Positions 37,550-50,407 of a stretch of 64,000 nucleotides of DNA are shown piece after piece. The notes under the pieces are model-generated. The model saw nothing but the letters and a program-made list of their open reading frames with translations, ran no database searches and had not been told where the DNA came from. Each line of letters opens with the position of its first letter. The stretch's first letter is position 1. The translations under genes and the position numbers were made by a program. The stretch is from Psammoneis japonica (taxonomy: Eukaryota): positions 1 to 64,000 of the forward strand of contig QPGO01000142.1 in assembly GCA_008632985.1 (NCBI GenBank). The letters are read 5' to 3'.

Positions 37550-38090
37550 GCACAGGACTGTGACATTAAAGAAGTTTTTTTCATCTGCTGTGTGCTGCAG
37601 TTGCTCGCACATTTCTGTGCAACACTTGCACAATTTTGTGTCATTTTGCAGCACATTGTCATCAGGCTGTCCACTCAACAACTTTTGACATGTTTTAGAG
37701 TGCCACTCTCTGATGTGTCAAGAACAGCACAGGGCAGGCAAATCTTCAAAAACGTTGAGTGTCAAGAGGCCCAATGTCATCGTGCACAGCTCAACCTGTG
37801 CGCAGGGCTGGAAAGCATCTGACGGAAATGTTTGTCTTCAAAATCAAACAACAGATGACCAAGTTTGTGGCACAACTGTGCCTCTCTTGATGAAATTGTT
37901 GAAAATTTGTCTGCACTGCACCATTCTCAAGACAGTCAAAAGAGCGGCTTTGCAAAAAATGTCAAACACGGTTGAGTGGGTGGCCCAACAATTGCACCAC
38001 AAAATGATGCAAAATTGTGACAAAGTCACAGAAAAATGTGCAATTGCAACATGCAGTGGATGAAAAAAGATTCAGTGTCACAGTCTTGCA
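37550..38090. repeat. Long imperfect palindrome (foldback/MITE-like), centre ~37830
   Basis: e.g. agaacagcacagggcaggcaaatcttcaa (37720) vs reverse complement of ~37899-37927 agaatggtgcagtgcagacaaattttcaa; outer arms also pair. Confidence 0.7.
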
Positions 38091-40282
38091 CCAATTTCTG
38101 ATGATGCTGTCACAGCCATTGGCCTCTCGGCCACCACTGACAGCCTGGCTGCCACTGCTGCAGCTCTTCTGGCCCAGGCTCTTCTGGCTGACAAAGGCAC
38201 AAGCCTTTGCACACCAGAGAAGCATTGTGCTGCACAGGCTTTTGTGCTTTCAGGGAGGGGCACTTGTGTTTGTGCACACTCACCATGCCCCAACCTTGGA
38301 AGGTCAAGGTGATCCTCATGACACTTGCTCTGACCCCATCCCACAGTTGCTGCTGGCCTCAGCATTGCTGTGCTGGGCTCCTCAGTCCCTCAGCCAGAGG
38401 GCTGGTTGGCAGCTCTCACTCTGGGTTCAAGACATGCACCCCCACACCACCAGACTCTTTCTGTCCTGCTGTTGCCATGCACTTTGGGAACAATTCCCTT
38501 CTGACAACCTGGTCTCCCAAGCCACTTGATTGTTGCGTGGCTCCATCTGCAGCATGTTCCTTCAAGGACAGCAAGCTTGCCACTGAACTTGGCTGATGAA
38601 TGTCATTGGCTGCTTTGCACCTGCATGGGCACACATGGGGAGTCATGCCACACTTGCCCAGCATGCAGCAACGCAGACCTCCCTGCTCCTTTGTCGCTCC
38701 CATCTGATCAATCAACAGATGAGGTGTGGTGTGCAGTGCCATGAGTTTTCCAGCACCCACCCTGCTTTGACTTGCCAGTGTGGCAAACCCACGCTGCTGA
38801 TGCCACTTTTGAGCAGCTTCTTGTGCCAGCCTTTCTGCTGTGAGCACTGATGCCACTGGTTCCAGGGTGGCTTTGATGTCCCAGTGCTTGTTGCAGGAAT
38901 GGTTTGCCACAGTTGTTGCCTGCCCCATGGACTTTGTCATGGACTTGATCTCCAGCAGGTCTCAATTTAAGACTGGCCAGACAGAAAGGCACATCCTCCT
39001 CATGCTCTTGTGTTCCTAAAACATTTGTTGAAAAAAGGTGTGCTGAGAACATTCGTGCACCAAACATTTTTTCCTCATTCACATGACCAACTGTCTTGAT
39101 TGTTGAGACATTTTAAAGGCCTTCATTTGTCAGGAACAAGGAGCTGACAAAAACAACACATGTGCAGATGAAAAGCACCTGACAAGTGCTTCCCATCAAT
39201 GTTCACACCTCAAAGTCAACTGTGTGAGCTTCAAGCTGGGGTGTGCTTTTCTGTCTGGCCAACTCCCTGTGCTGCAGTCAAATTCTGTGCAAGAGTGACC
39301 AAGACTTGCACTCTGCATGTCTTGGTTGTAAAGCCAAGGCTCGCAACAGTGTTTGCCTGGTTTGCTGCTGTCTGGACAAGCACCCCACTGAACACAGCTT
39401 TGATCTTCAGCCTCATCACCCTCTCACAGTGCACAAGCTGCAACAAGCCTCAAAATGTTTTGGTCTCAACCCTTTTATGGCAAAATTGGGGGACCTCTTT
39501 CTTGCACAACACTTCCCATGCTGGCTTGCCTGGACAGCCTGAGCTTCCTTGCCTCTTCATTGCTGCACAGGCACTGCAAGTTCAAATGGTGGACACCTCC
39601 ATGAGTGGTGACATTGTCTGTGCCAGCCAAGGGGGGGGCAGTGATGGCAAGGGAATCATGAGTTGGCTTGCCCACTCTTCTGCACCTCCTTGCATTTGTC
39701 ATCTGTGCCCACTTGCACAGTGCACACTTCCCCTTCATGGCAGCCATGACCCAACATGCTGAGTCAGCAGCTTTTGCACCAAACACTCTGCTCAATCTGC
39801 CGCTGCCACCCAGGCAGCCCACCCATGACTTTGCCAGCAATCCTGTTCTCCACGCCACCCTGCAGCTGCTCTTGGTCAGCAACAGTCTCTGCAAAAGGCA
39901 GTGCAGAGCACACCACCCACCTCCTGGGTCCAGCTCGCACCCCAGCACCCCTCTCTTCCACTCTCTTGGCCACACCTCCAATGAGTCAGGCACTGTTTGC
40001 TGACTCTGACTCCCCAGTTGGCCCCTTGGCTCCTCCCAGCCCAGCTCCTCCTCTGATGGCAACTCCTTGGTCCACACCCACCTAAGATCAGCCAGCACAT
40101 TCAGTTGCTGGCACTCCAGCTCCGCCGGCCTCCTCTGCTGAAGACTGGTCCTCACATTGGGGCAACAGCCAACAAACCCATTTGCAGAGAGCCACAATGC
40201 ACTTGCCCACCATCACTTTGGAGTCAATCCTTCCCGGGTCTCTTGGCCAGCACAGCTGCCGCCATTGTCCCAGATGCTTGCA

Positions 40283-40385
40283 AGCTGTTTCCAGCATGGA
40301 TCAACCCAGCCTTTTGCGATGCAGTGTTTGGTCAGCTGTTTCCAGCATGGATCAACCCAGCCTTTTGCGATGCAGTGTTTGGTCA
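40283..40385 (+). repeat. Perfect 51-bp tandem duplication
   Basis: agctgtttccagcatggatcaacccagccttttgcgatgcagtgtttggtc occurs twice. Confidence 0.95.
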
Positions 40386-40499
40386 GTCAGCGGCCATGGA
40401 AGCTGCTCAGTTGATGAGGATTTTTCCAAAGGGAACGGCTCATGACAGCTGTCTCTTCCAGTGCCTCCTTCAGTGCATTGTTCTTTCACTCGGAAGCAT

Positions 40500-40990
40500 T
40501 TCATGGAATTGATGGAGTGGGCCAAAAAGCAAGAACAAGACGAGGCTGTGTTTGTCAAGGATCAGCTTGGGACAACAAGACAATGAGTTGTTTTCCAAGG
40601 CAAAAGCGTTGCATCAAAAAGACCATGACAATGACAATGGCCATTTTGATGAGGACAATGGCCATTTTGATGAGACTTGTTTGGATGGAAAAAAGAGACA
40701 GGATTGCCTCTTGGAGTGTTGTTGCAGTGAGGCGGAATTGGCGACGATTGCAATGACATGTTTGTCAGTGTCACCAAGGGCATGGCAAGAAAAACAAATG
40801 AGATGGCAGAGGAGAAAAAGGCAAGAAAGAATGCAGATAAAAAGGAGTGACAAATGGCCAGCATGCAAAAGAAAATGATGAAGGAGGCTTGCAAAGAAGA
40901 GTTTGTCAGACAAAGCAATGAGGTTGCAGCTGACAACGTTGGCGGAACATCTGTTTTCCGACACTCGCAATCTTTTTTATGTGAAGAGAT
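40500..40990 (+). pseudogene. Mutated, internally deleted copy of LTV1 3' parts
   Basis: Aligns to ~33915-34092 joined to ~34704-34998. Confidence 0.93.
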
Positions 40991-43277
40991 TAAGTTCCAT
41001 GGTGTTGGAAGAGGTTGGCATGGGGAAATGTGTGGCGGGAGAGGTGCGCGAAGCGTGCTTGGGGATGGAGAGAAAAAGGGAGGGCCCAAAGTGCGGACAG
41101 ATGGTTGAGGCAAAGAGTTGGCAACAGAGGTGCTGTTGGGATGATGAAGCAATGGATCTTGGTGTGAAGAGAGATGGTGGGAGAGAGTGCAGCCAAAGTT
41201 GAGGCTGAGGATTTGGGAAGCCCAGAGTTGAGGTGTGGCAGCATGATGGGAAGAGCCAAAGTGGTCCGGGGACAGCAGTTTCCAGGCCATGTTGGAGTGG
41301 CTGAGAAGGTCAGAAGGGGCGAGCAGTGAGTTGGTGAAGGATGCTTGAGAGTTGGAGAAGGGTGGTGGGCTTGTCCAGGGTGGTTTGGGAGGGAGGGGCA
41401 GGACAGAGGCGGATGCAGAAGAGGAGGATCCAAAGAAGAAGACATGAAAATGGTGTCCGATGCCGCCTGGGTGGTCAAAGGTGAAAGGGAGAAGAAAGAG
41501 GCCTGCTTGGTTGATGGCGTCGATGACGTCAGAGTTGGCAGCAGATTGAGTGGAGCAACCAAGAAGCTTGTCCCATGTGCTGCTGAGGTGAACCTTGTTT
41601 AATGGGTTTTCAGGGACAGGCAAACCAGGTGCAGGAACCGGGGGAGCTGGTGGTGCAGCAATGTCAATGGCCAAGAAGTGATGAGCAGATGGGGCGTTGG
41701 GTGGTGCAGAGCCAGGAGTGAGTTGAATGCCAACATTGGCGGGGCGTCAAGGGGGTGGTCAGCGAGAAGGCCGGGTGGTTCGAGACATGCTTGTTGGCAG
41801 GAGAGGCACAGGCTGCAAAGAGGACCTGGGGTGTCAATGATGGCACAGACAGTGTCGCAGATGTGGTTGGACAGCGGGCTTTCATGCATTTTGGAGCATG
41901 CAAAGGCATGATCACCGAAGGGGTCAGGGTGGGTGTGACCACATGGACAGTCGTGTTGGAGCAAGGTGGCAGAGGGATTGCAGGGAGGCGCAGCTTGTGG
42001 AGGAGGAGCAGTGTGAAAAGGTGTGAGGGAAGTCGGTTGGAGGTGGAGGATCAGGAGAGAGAATGTGGGCAAAGGCTTGTTGGAGGAGACAGAAGGGATG
42101 GAAGGGCTGGTTGCATGGAAGGATTGGCAAGGATCTGAGGAAGAGCATTGGTTTTGTGGTGATGAAGGTGAAGGCGTTGAGCAAGGCTGTGCAGGTTGTG
42201 GTGTTCGATGGCATGCTTGAGGGACATGAAGGAGGAGGAGTTGAAGCAGAGGAGAATGGGAGTGTGATGACTGAAGATGTGGCAGAGGGAGAGGGTGGAG
42301 CATGGGTTGGAGACCATGAGCCGAGGGCTGTGGAACGGCTTGGAGGAAGTTTGAAGATGTCACCACCGGTGAGTGGGACACCATGTTGGGTGCAGTGCAT
42401 GGATCTTGTCAGAGAAGTGATGAGAGCTGGGATGGCAATGGCGGAGATGTCACGGTGTCCGACGCTGCCTGAAGAAACGGGTGGGTTGGCAATGAGTTTG
42501 GCAGCTGAGGGGAAAGGGGCAGGATGTTGAGTGAGGCAGGCAAGGAAACGTGGGGAATGGCCGATGATTTTGTCCACAAAGGGTGAAGCCCATTGGAAAG
42601 GAGGGGTTGAAAGGTCGTTAGAGTGCATGAGATTGAAGCATGCAACAGTTGCGAGGAGGTGGGTGACAGAAGGGATGGAGCACTTGTGAAAGAGGGTGCT
42701 TTGTGTTTGTTTGTTGGTGAGGTGGTCAGTGAGGTGCAGGAGGTCTGAGGTGGAAGATGTGGCTTTGTCATGAAGAAAGTTGATGACGAAGGCGCAGGAG
42801 CCAACAGGTTGGCCAAGGAAGTGGACACCAGAGGTGATCTCGGGTTTGATGCATGGGTCGTTGTGAGGATTGAGGAAGGAGAGAGCTTTGGAGAGAGCGT
42901 GAGCGTCGGCAGGCGGGAGGCGGTCTGTGGGGGAGGTGCCGGATGTGGAGGTGAGGATTTTGGTTTTGGAAGTGTCGAGTTTGATGCCAAATTGGGGGCC
43001 ACAAGTGGAGAGGCATTGGAGGAACCAAGGGAGCTGGGTGAAAGGGAGGAAGACATGAGTGTTGTCAATGCATGATGAAGCAGCAGATTTGGAGCGAGGA
43101 GGGAGTCGATGGTGCAGTTCGTCGTTGATGGGTTTGAAGACTTGGGCCAGGACAAGGCAGGAGAAGGCGGGGCTTGGAGGGCAGCCTTGGGTGAAGCCTT
43201 CAGGTTGAGAAAAGGATGACCATCGAAGGCGATGATCTTGACACCAACAGGTGTTGGGGTTTTGGCAGGCCAGAGAT
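40991..43277 (-). mobile_element. 5'-truncated non-LTR retrotransposon with C-terminal restriction-like endonuclease (CRE/R2-like), mutated
   Basis: RT motifs EGFTQGCPPSP and SCIDNT (from YIDD), GIKLDTSKTKI, FLGQPVG; Zn knuckle CPCG...DPFGDHAFAC; AIDI, PFTFDHPGG; interrupts the duplicated LTV1 downstream sequence at gagat|ggcatct. Confidence 0.8.
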
Positions 43278-45037
43278 GGATGGCATCTGTGGTGTCACGC
43301 AGTCTTAAATTGCCTCCACCCGTTTCCTCCTCCAGTCGCCAGTTTTTAAGAACAAGAAAAACTGGAAGATGTGAATGATGCAAGGGCAGTCTGCATGTCG
43401 GGGTCGTTGAGTTCTGCAGCATGCCAGTTGCACCGCATGCATTTGCTTGCAAATCATCAATGCACACCACAAGATCTGGCAGCAGTTCTTCCTGTTTCAT
43501 TTGGGAGCATCTTGTTTGACGACAACATCTTAATCCACAATGAAGCACAGCAGCTCTAGAGTGTGCTTGCAGTGAACCGCATCTTCCTTAAAACCATGGT
43601 GTTGACCTGTGCTTGCTCCACACGCAGCACAACATGCATTCCAAAGCACATCGGCACACTGTCCTCACATTCTCTCCATCATGTGTGTCTGCGTCTGCAT
43701 CACCACGCATGCATTCTGATCACGGGCAGAGCTTGCATTGCAGAGTTAGGATGCACAGCAGGGCAAACTGACTCTGGCATGCTTTTGCGTCCTGAACTTG
43801 AAAGTTTTGTCAGTGATTCGCAGCAGATGCCTTGAACACAGACACAGCACTTCGGATAAAATCATGTCTCTACAGAGAGTTGCAGATGTCACAAACGTTT
43901 GCTGCCACATTGCATTGTTTTACCAACTGCTCTGCATTCCTAGAACAAACCGATCGGGTCGCTTTCTTTTCCTTCCGGCATTCCGGCAACCAAACAGATC
44001 TGGTTTTTCAGAAAGCAAAGAGAAAAAGATGCTCACTCTGGACATGTCCGTGCTCCTCTCCCCAACTTTGGCCAAGACATGCGCCCAAAATGTTGGATGA
44101 ACATGATCACACTTCAAGAGTTGCTGCCCATGCACCTCCATCAAGACAGAGGCCACTGCATGATGACCCATTGCAGCTGCACATTGCAACGCTGTTGCTT
44201 CCTTGATGGAAGTTGCACTCAAATCAGCTCCATGTTCCACAAGCAGTCTTGCCATGTTTTCATCACTGGCAACGTGTGATGCAATGTGCAAAGGCGTTGG
44301 AGATCATTCTCTGTGGCATTGATGCAAGCTCTGTTTGCCAGGAGCTCTTGCGCCATGTCTGTGTTTCCATGGGTCATTGCAACATGAAGCGGTGAAAAAA
44401 CACCATGTGCCGACTTTGAATTTACATCAGCACTGTTCTGCAACAACAGGAGACACATTTCAGCATTTCTGCTCATTGCAGCCATGTGCAAAGGTGTCAT
44501 GGCTAATCCATTGTAAGAGCCACTGTTGTTTACATTCGCTCCACGTGACAATAAAATTTCCATGGCTGACAGATCACAGAATTGACATGCCTTGCCAAGT
44601 GGTGTGAGACCCCCCATCCCATCCATCAAACTGGCTCCAGCATCCAGCAAGAGCTGAAGCTTGACATCTTGATCAGTTGCTTCTCTAGAAAGGATGGCAC
44701 AAAATGTTGGTGTGTGGTAAAAATGGGATCATTGTCTTCGTCCGTTTGGACATTCAGTGTGGCATTCGGGTCTGCTCCATCTTGAAGAGTGCTGCAGACA
44801 TCTTCTGCAGTGCCATGTTTAATGGCCCTGGAAAGAGACCTTTCCAATGTCCAGTTCCACATTTCTTCAATTTAAGCACCGGACCGGAGAACGTCAGACT
44901 GTGCTGCGATTTGACTGTGCTGTCAAGAGAGTTGACACCAAAGTTTGTTGTCTCAATGGTGTGTTGTCAAGGTCAATCGGGACAGACCTCTGCTCTCTGG
45001 AAGTGTGCAGGTGGTTTTGAAAACCCAGTTTCTACAA
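43278..45037 (-). pseudogene. Mutated copy of the ankyrin gene and its flanks
   Basis: Colinear with ~34997-36880, frameshifted, with TA and CG transitions. Confidence 0.93.
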
Positions 45038-46600
45038 CGAAAATGGAAGTTGGTCTTATGAAGGCACTGTGTTGTGACTTTCGTACAACTCAACTAACAC
45101 ATGGTCCCCGAGTGGTCCTGTGGGATGTGGGTGTGGGTGTGGCATGATGTGCGATGACATCATTGCAACATGCCATGCATTGATTGAGTCGTCGGACAGT
45201 CATGCCGCATTCTTGCAAGCATGTTTGTCATGTAAAAACTCCCATCGCACACACAGCACAGGAGGCACCCCTAAATCTTGACTCGCCTGAATGAAACCAA
45301 ACAGACTGTGACACTTTGTGACCTTTCTTGCAACAATGAAAAAGCACATGTCACATTGACTCAACCATGATGATGCCCCACGATTCTTCTCTGGTGCCTT
45401 TGCAGGACACCAGCCCTGTGAACAATGTTGCCACCAACACTGCTGCAAAAGGTGGTGTCATTGTTCCAGTTGTCGTGGGCCTGGCACAAGCAAAATGAGA
45501 TGTCCCACAAACATGTGCTGCACCGATCTCACCCCAACACCTCCCACAGCTTCCATGATGAATGTCAATGCCACACATGTGTTTCAGTTGACCACCATGC
45601 CTGGTGCTGTTGCTCGCACCCTTGTTGCCACAGGTGTGGTTCATGCTGCCATTGTCTTGTGCCAAAAACAGCCATGATGAAATGGCTCCAACTCACACTT
45701 TTTTAAACTCTTGCCCCACCACCTCCCACAGGTGCCACACAATGGGCTGGTGCTCAGTGGATGGGCCCATCAAAACCTTTCTGGTCATGGAATTTGTTGT
45801 TGAAAAGTTGAGGAAATGAAATGCTTTCTGGCACAAGGCTTGAAAAGAGCCAGTTGCACAATTGCAGGCTGAGACTTGGGGGAGAACATGACTCAGGATT
45901 TTCCTGTGACTGCAGGCATTCTTTGTGCACAAGTGCAACATTTGGTGATTTCACATCACATCAAAATGTTTGTGACATGTGAACATCACATCACCATGAC
46001 ATCAAACCACATTCTCCACTTGCAACGGGGTGCTTGCAACTGCTCCATGAGCTGGAAAACATTGAAGTCAGCATGCACAAATGAGCTTCATCTGTCCATC
46101 CATCCATCTGTCCATCATCCTTCCTGCAAGCTCCATCTGACCATGACACTCCCTCGTGCCAATGAGGGCTCTGACTGGTGCTGTGGATGGAGCCAAGCTG
46201 ACGGAGCATTGTCTGTGCAAAGCCTCCAGATCTGGGGTGTGTCTCTCCCTCAAAACAAAATTGCTGTTTGCACAGGTTCAAAAACACTGTTTTTGGGCAA
46301 AGCAACAGTGCTTGGTTGAACTGCTCAAAATGTCATCAACCCATCATCATGCACCACAAGCCTCCAAACTTTGTCTCTCCTGCCAAGAGGTTCAGTCAGA
46401 GCAAGTCTGCCAAGTTGCAGTTTGCATCAACTTTTGCTGTTAAACCAGTGAGTCAATGGTGCCAAACCAGAGCTCCACAAGGCTTCCTCTGTGCTCTTGT
46501 CGTCACACTTGCCTTGGCCACTTGTGTGGCTGTGGTTTGCTTGCAAAGTTGTGTGTGCAAACTTCAAACCAACAATGTGGCAACATGTGCTGCGAGACAC

Positions 46601-46753
46601 TTACAGACTGGCGGCATCGGGACAATCTAACAGATGTCTGAGCCAGATGACAATCGTGTGCTGGATGAGAAAGAAAGTGAGCAAAAGCTCCATGCTGTCT
46701 GTGCCAGTCTGTCCGACAGAAGGGAGTGCACTCCCCATCTCGGATGTCTGTCA
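46601..46753 (-). repeat. Copia 3' LTR
   Basis: Matches 52062-52230; preceded on the minus strand by the PPT. Confidence 0.92.
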
Positions 46754-46893
46754 CCCTCCCCTGATGAGCAATGCAATGCTCAACAAGAAAGAAAGAGACG
46801 ATCCGAATAAAAAGAGAGGACCAGAACAGCAGAACAAAACAAGCAAGACAGAGACACACCCAAGACTCAATCCACAACAAAACCCGATGACAA

Positions 46894-49640
46894 TCAACGG
46901 CAATGTCCCATCAAGCGGCGAGCATGGCGGGAATGGAGTGTCCAACCCACAGCCTTGGTCAGTGCATCAGCAGGGTCAATGACACCCGGGATGTGTCGAG
47001 CGACAATCTTGCCCGCGTCATGCCAGTCTTGGACAGCAAAGTGTTGAACATCAATGTGGCAGGATCGCTCCGCAGGCACCTTGTTGTTGATCATCTGGAT
47101 GGCAGAGGAGTTGTCAATGTGCAAGGGAGCAGGATCACGTTGAGGAAAGCCCAATTCTTCCAGAACCATGCGGAGGCACAGGGTCTGCTTTGCACCAGTG
47201 ACAGCCGCGAGGAACTCAGCTTCCATGGAGCTGGTGGCGGCAATCATTTGCGTGCGGCATCGACAGTCAATTGCAGCACCAGCAAGGACATGCGCGTGGC
47301 CAGCAGCAGAATGGCGATGCCAGAGTTCATTGGCATGTGCCGCATCAATGAAACCAAGAAGTTGGAAAAGGTCGGCAGCACGAGGGAAGTCCTGGAGAGA
47401 TGGATCATCCTCAAGCCATTTGAAATCACGAGGAGGAAGACCGGGATCGTGCTTGGACTTCTTGCACATCAGTCCCAAATGTTTGGTGCGCTGCAAATGC
47501 TTGGCCATGTGCTTGAGTGAATCACAATGAAGCTCAGCCGGGGCCTTGGAAAACTTGGACAAGGTGACAAAGACCAATTCACCCAAAAGAGAACGGCAAG
47601 AGAATCCCTGGGACTCAGTGAGAGCATCATGCTCAGGAGCACCCTCTTCAGGACCTTCGGTGGCACACAGATCAGGAATGCAATCAACCGGAACAGGTGC
47701 AGCCTTGAAATCTGAATCAGACTCATTCGCAGCGGGAGCATCCCAACCATGGGTCTTGAAAACACGGTCAAGGCAGCTGGCAACGTTGACAGCAATGGAG
47801 TCGTCATTTTGAATGACATCAATGCCATCAAATTCAGCAACCAAGCCCAAATGCTTGAAAGGAGGAGTGTCCTCATTGTCCATCTGGAGAGCTTTTCCAA
47901 TGTGGTCGTAGATCTCTTTTGCAATCTTTTCGGAGGGACAAGCAACAGCAAAATCATCAACCTGATGAAGAAGAAGGACCTTGACACCATCACATTCACC
48001 AGAGCAGACACACTTGTCATGAGTGGCATTGCGAAAAAGAAGTTTCGCACCCGTGAGAATCGAGTTGATGTGCTTTTCCCAAAGAACACCAGCTTCATGG
48101 TGACCTTGAAGAGCATGCTTGAGCGGAAGAACACAATGGCGGGGTGCTTTCTTGCCAAATCGCTTTTCACACCAGGTGGCATGTGCATCATCAACAGCAA
48201 TGAAAACTGGCTGTGAAGGACCAGGAGAATGAGTGCAGGCATCCCGAGCATCACCTCCGTAGACTCAACATGACACAGCCGCACTGAGAGCAAAAAACAT
48301 CTTTTCGACAGAGCGTTCCACACACGACGAACAGGTGGAAGTCAACTTGTGCAAGGCCGGCATTGCCGACTTGGAGCCATCACCACATTGCCGAGAATGA
48401 CGTTGTCCATCCGGCTTTGCCATGTGGTCCCAATGCGGATGCACAACATTCACGCCAGGAGGACCATGCACACCAAGGGCATGAAATTGATCCAATTGGC
48501 GGTGCTCGCCTTCTTCCCATTCAGGCCATGTGTCAAGTTTACAAAGCTTGGCACGGGTGAGGCGGTCAAGAGCAGCTTCCTCCGGAGTGAGAGAGCGGGA
48601 GCCAATTGCATTGAGGTGTGCACAGAAGACATCCACAGGGACAGCCTCATCCGAAAAATCATCATCAGGATGGAGAAGGGCTGCAATGGAACGCACATCT
48701 TCCAAAGTGAGTTCAGGAACATGGGAGTCGTCCTCCATGGAATCAGGTTCAAACAACTTTGCTTCCTCAAATGCCTTGTTAAGGGTGCGAGAATCCAATC
48801 GTCGTTCCGGCACAAAAGCAATCTCAAAGGTCGGGATTTCATCATGGAAGACCTGAGACAAGGCCTCTTCAGCATCCGACGGAGTAAAAACTTCACGCTT
48901 GTTGACAGAGACAACGCATGCACTCACAATCTTGTTGTGAGCAGCACGGAGGGAAGAAAATGAGGATGCCGCAGGACTGTGCTGCTTGATTTCCGATGCA
49001 TGGACACGGTCCATTAGCGCACACTGGGAAAATCAAAAACTGCAGGCAGGATCCTTTTGGGGACATTTCATGGTGCATGTGACAGTCGCAGCAAAAGGAT
49101 TCGACGAAGAGGCAAACACAGGAATGGTGGTGTCCTGTGTTTCAGCTGGAAAAGGCTGACCATTTTCCACACGCTGCAAATGGACAGCATTGGGAGGAAG
49201 TTGATCCAAAAACAGGTCATTCATGCCTTCATCGCAGCGCACATGCTTGGCCGTCTTGACTTTGTCAGTCTCAGGATCCCACCACATGACATTCTTGAGG
49301 GTGTTTGGAAGGCAACCAAGGAATGCGCCCTTCTTGGAATTGGTCCGGAAGGCAGCAGAACAAGCAGTGGACCGTTTGGACCATGCTCGACTTCCGAAAG
49401 TCTTCAGAGCAGTAAAATCTTTGACCTTTCCTGCAGCAAGGGTGATGGGTGCCGCATCTTGATCTTTCGCAGGAGTGGCATTCTTGATGCAGAGGCAATG
49501 GTAAAATGCATGGGGCCAGAATCGAATCGGAAGGTTGGCACCAATTAAAATTGCACGAATTGCGTTTTCAACAGTCAAATGTGAGCGTTCAACAGGTCCA
49601 CATTCTAAGTCCCTCCCCTGATTGTGATTGCCAGGGTCAT
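46894..49640 (-). pseudogene. Copia pol remnant (integrase C-part, RT, RNase H)
   Basis: LPIRFWPHAF, FGSRAW, GAFLG, FSCRSLLGEL, GFIDAAHA, SSMEAEFLA, HIDNSSAI, HIDVQHF, PADALTK; frameshifts. Confidence 0.88.
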
Positions 49641-50407
49641 CATCAGGAATCATCTTGGGATCAGGAGTGCCAGCCTTCGTCAAGCTCAAAAGAAGGTCAG
49701 CAAATGACACAGGTGAAAGAGGAGCAGCAGCGGAAGGTGACGAGTCGGTTGGACCCTCTTTCACAGTTGCCCCACTTACAGGAGTTTTTGGATGGGAGGA
49801 GGATGGGCGGCATTGTTCATCCGAACATGACAATGGCCCCAGGAAAAATCCTTCCTGGCCGTGTCAGATTCAAGTGCATCACGAGCATGCTGATCACGTT
49901 GGAGGAACTGGGAGAACCGAGTGAGATGGGTGCGCAGGTGCTCAGCATTGTTCAACACAGGACACTCATGGAACAAGTGGTTGTTGCCACAAACAACACA
50001 TGGACGGTTCTGTGCAATGGCAGGAGAGGACTTGATCCTACAGACACAGGCCTTGTAGACACCATGGAGGGCTTGTGCATCATCATCTGCAGAAACATCC
50101 ACAGTGGCAAGTTCATTCACAAAATGCTCCACAGTTTCCGCAGGTTCTTCCACAGCAGGAGATTCAGTTTCCTTGGGAGGCTCCTCAATCGCTGAAGGCA
50201 GAGTAGAAACTTCATCTTTGGGAAGTGAGTCAAGACCGCGGACAGGAGCTGCAAGAGGAGGAGCAGGCAAAGTGTGAAGACAATGTGGAGGACATTTGGG
50301 AGGGTCCTTGACACGAAGAGCTGGACTGTCCGGTTCCTTGAGAATCGCACTAACAGTTTCAACAATCTTCTTCTGGGGGTAAACTTGTGTTGTTTGTTCT
50401 TGTCTTC

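Noticed and set aside
40500..45037. Classical fungal RIP or simple CpG methylation decay as the whole explanation
   Set aside because: C->T processes create TpA; alignment to the intact genes shows TpA being lost.
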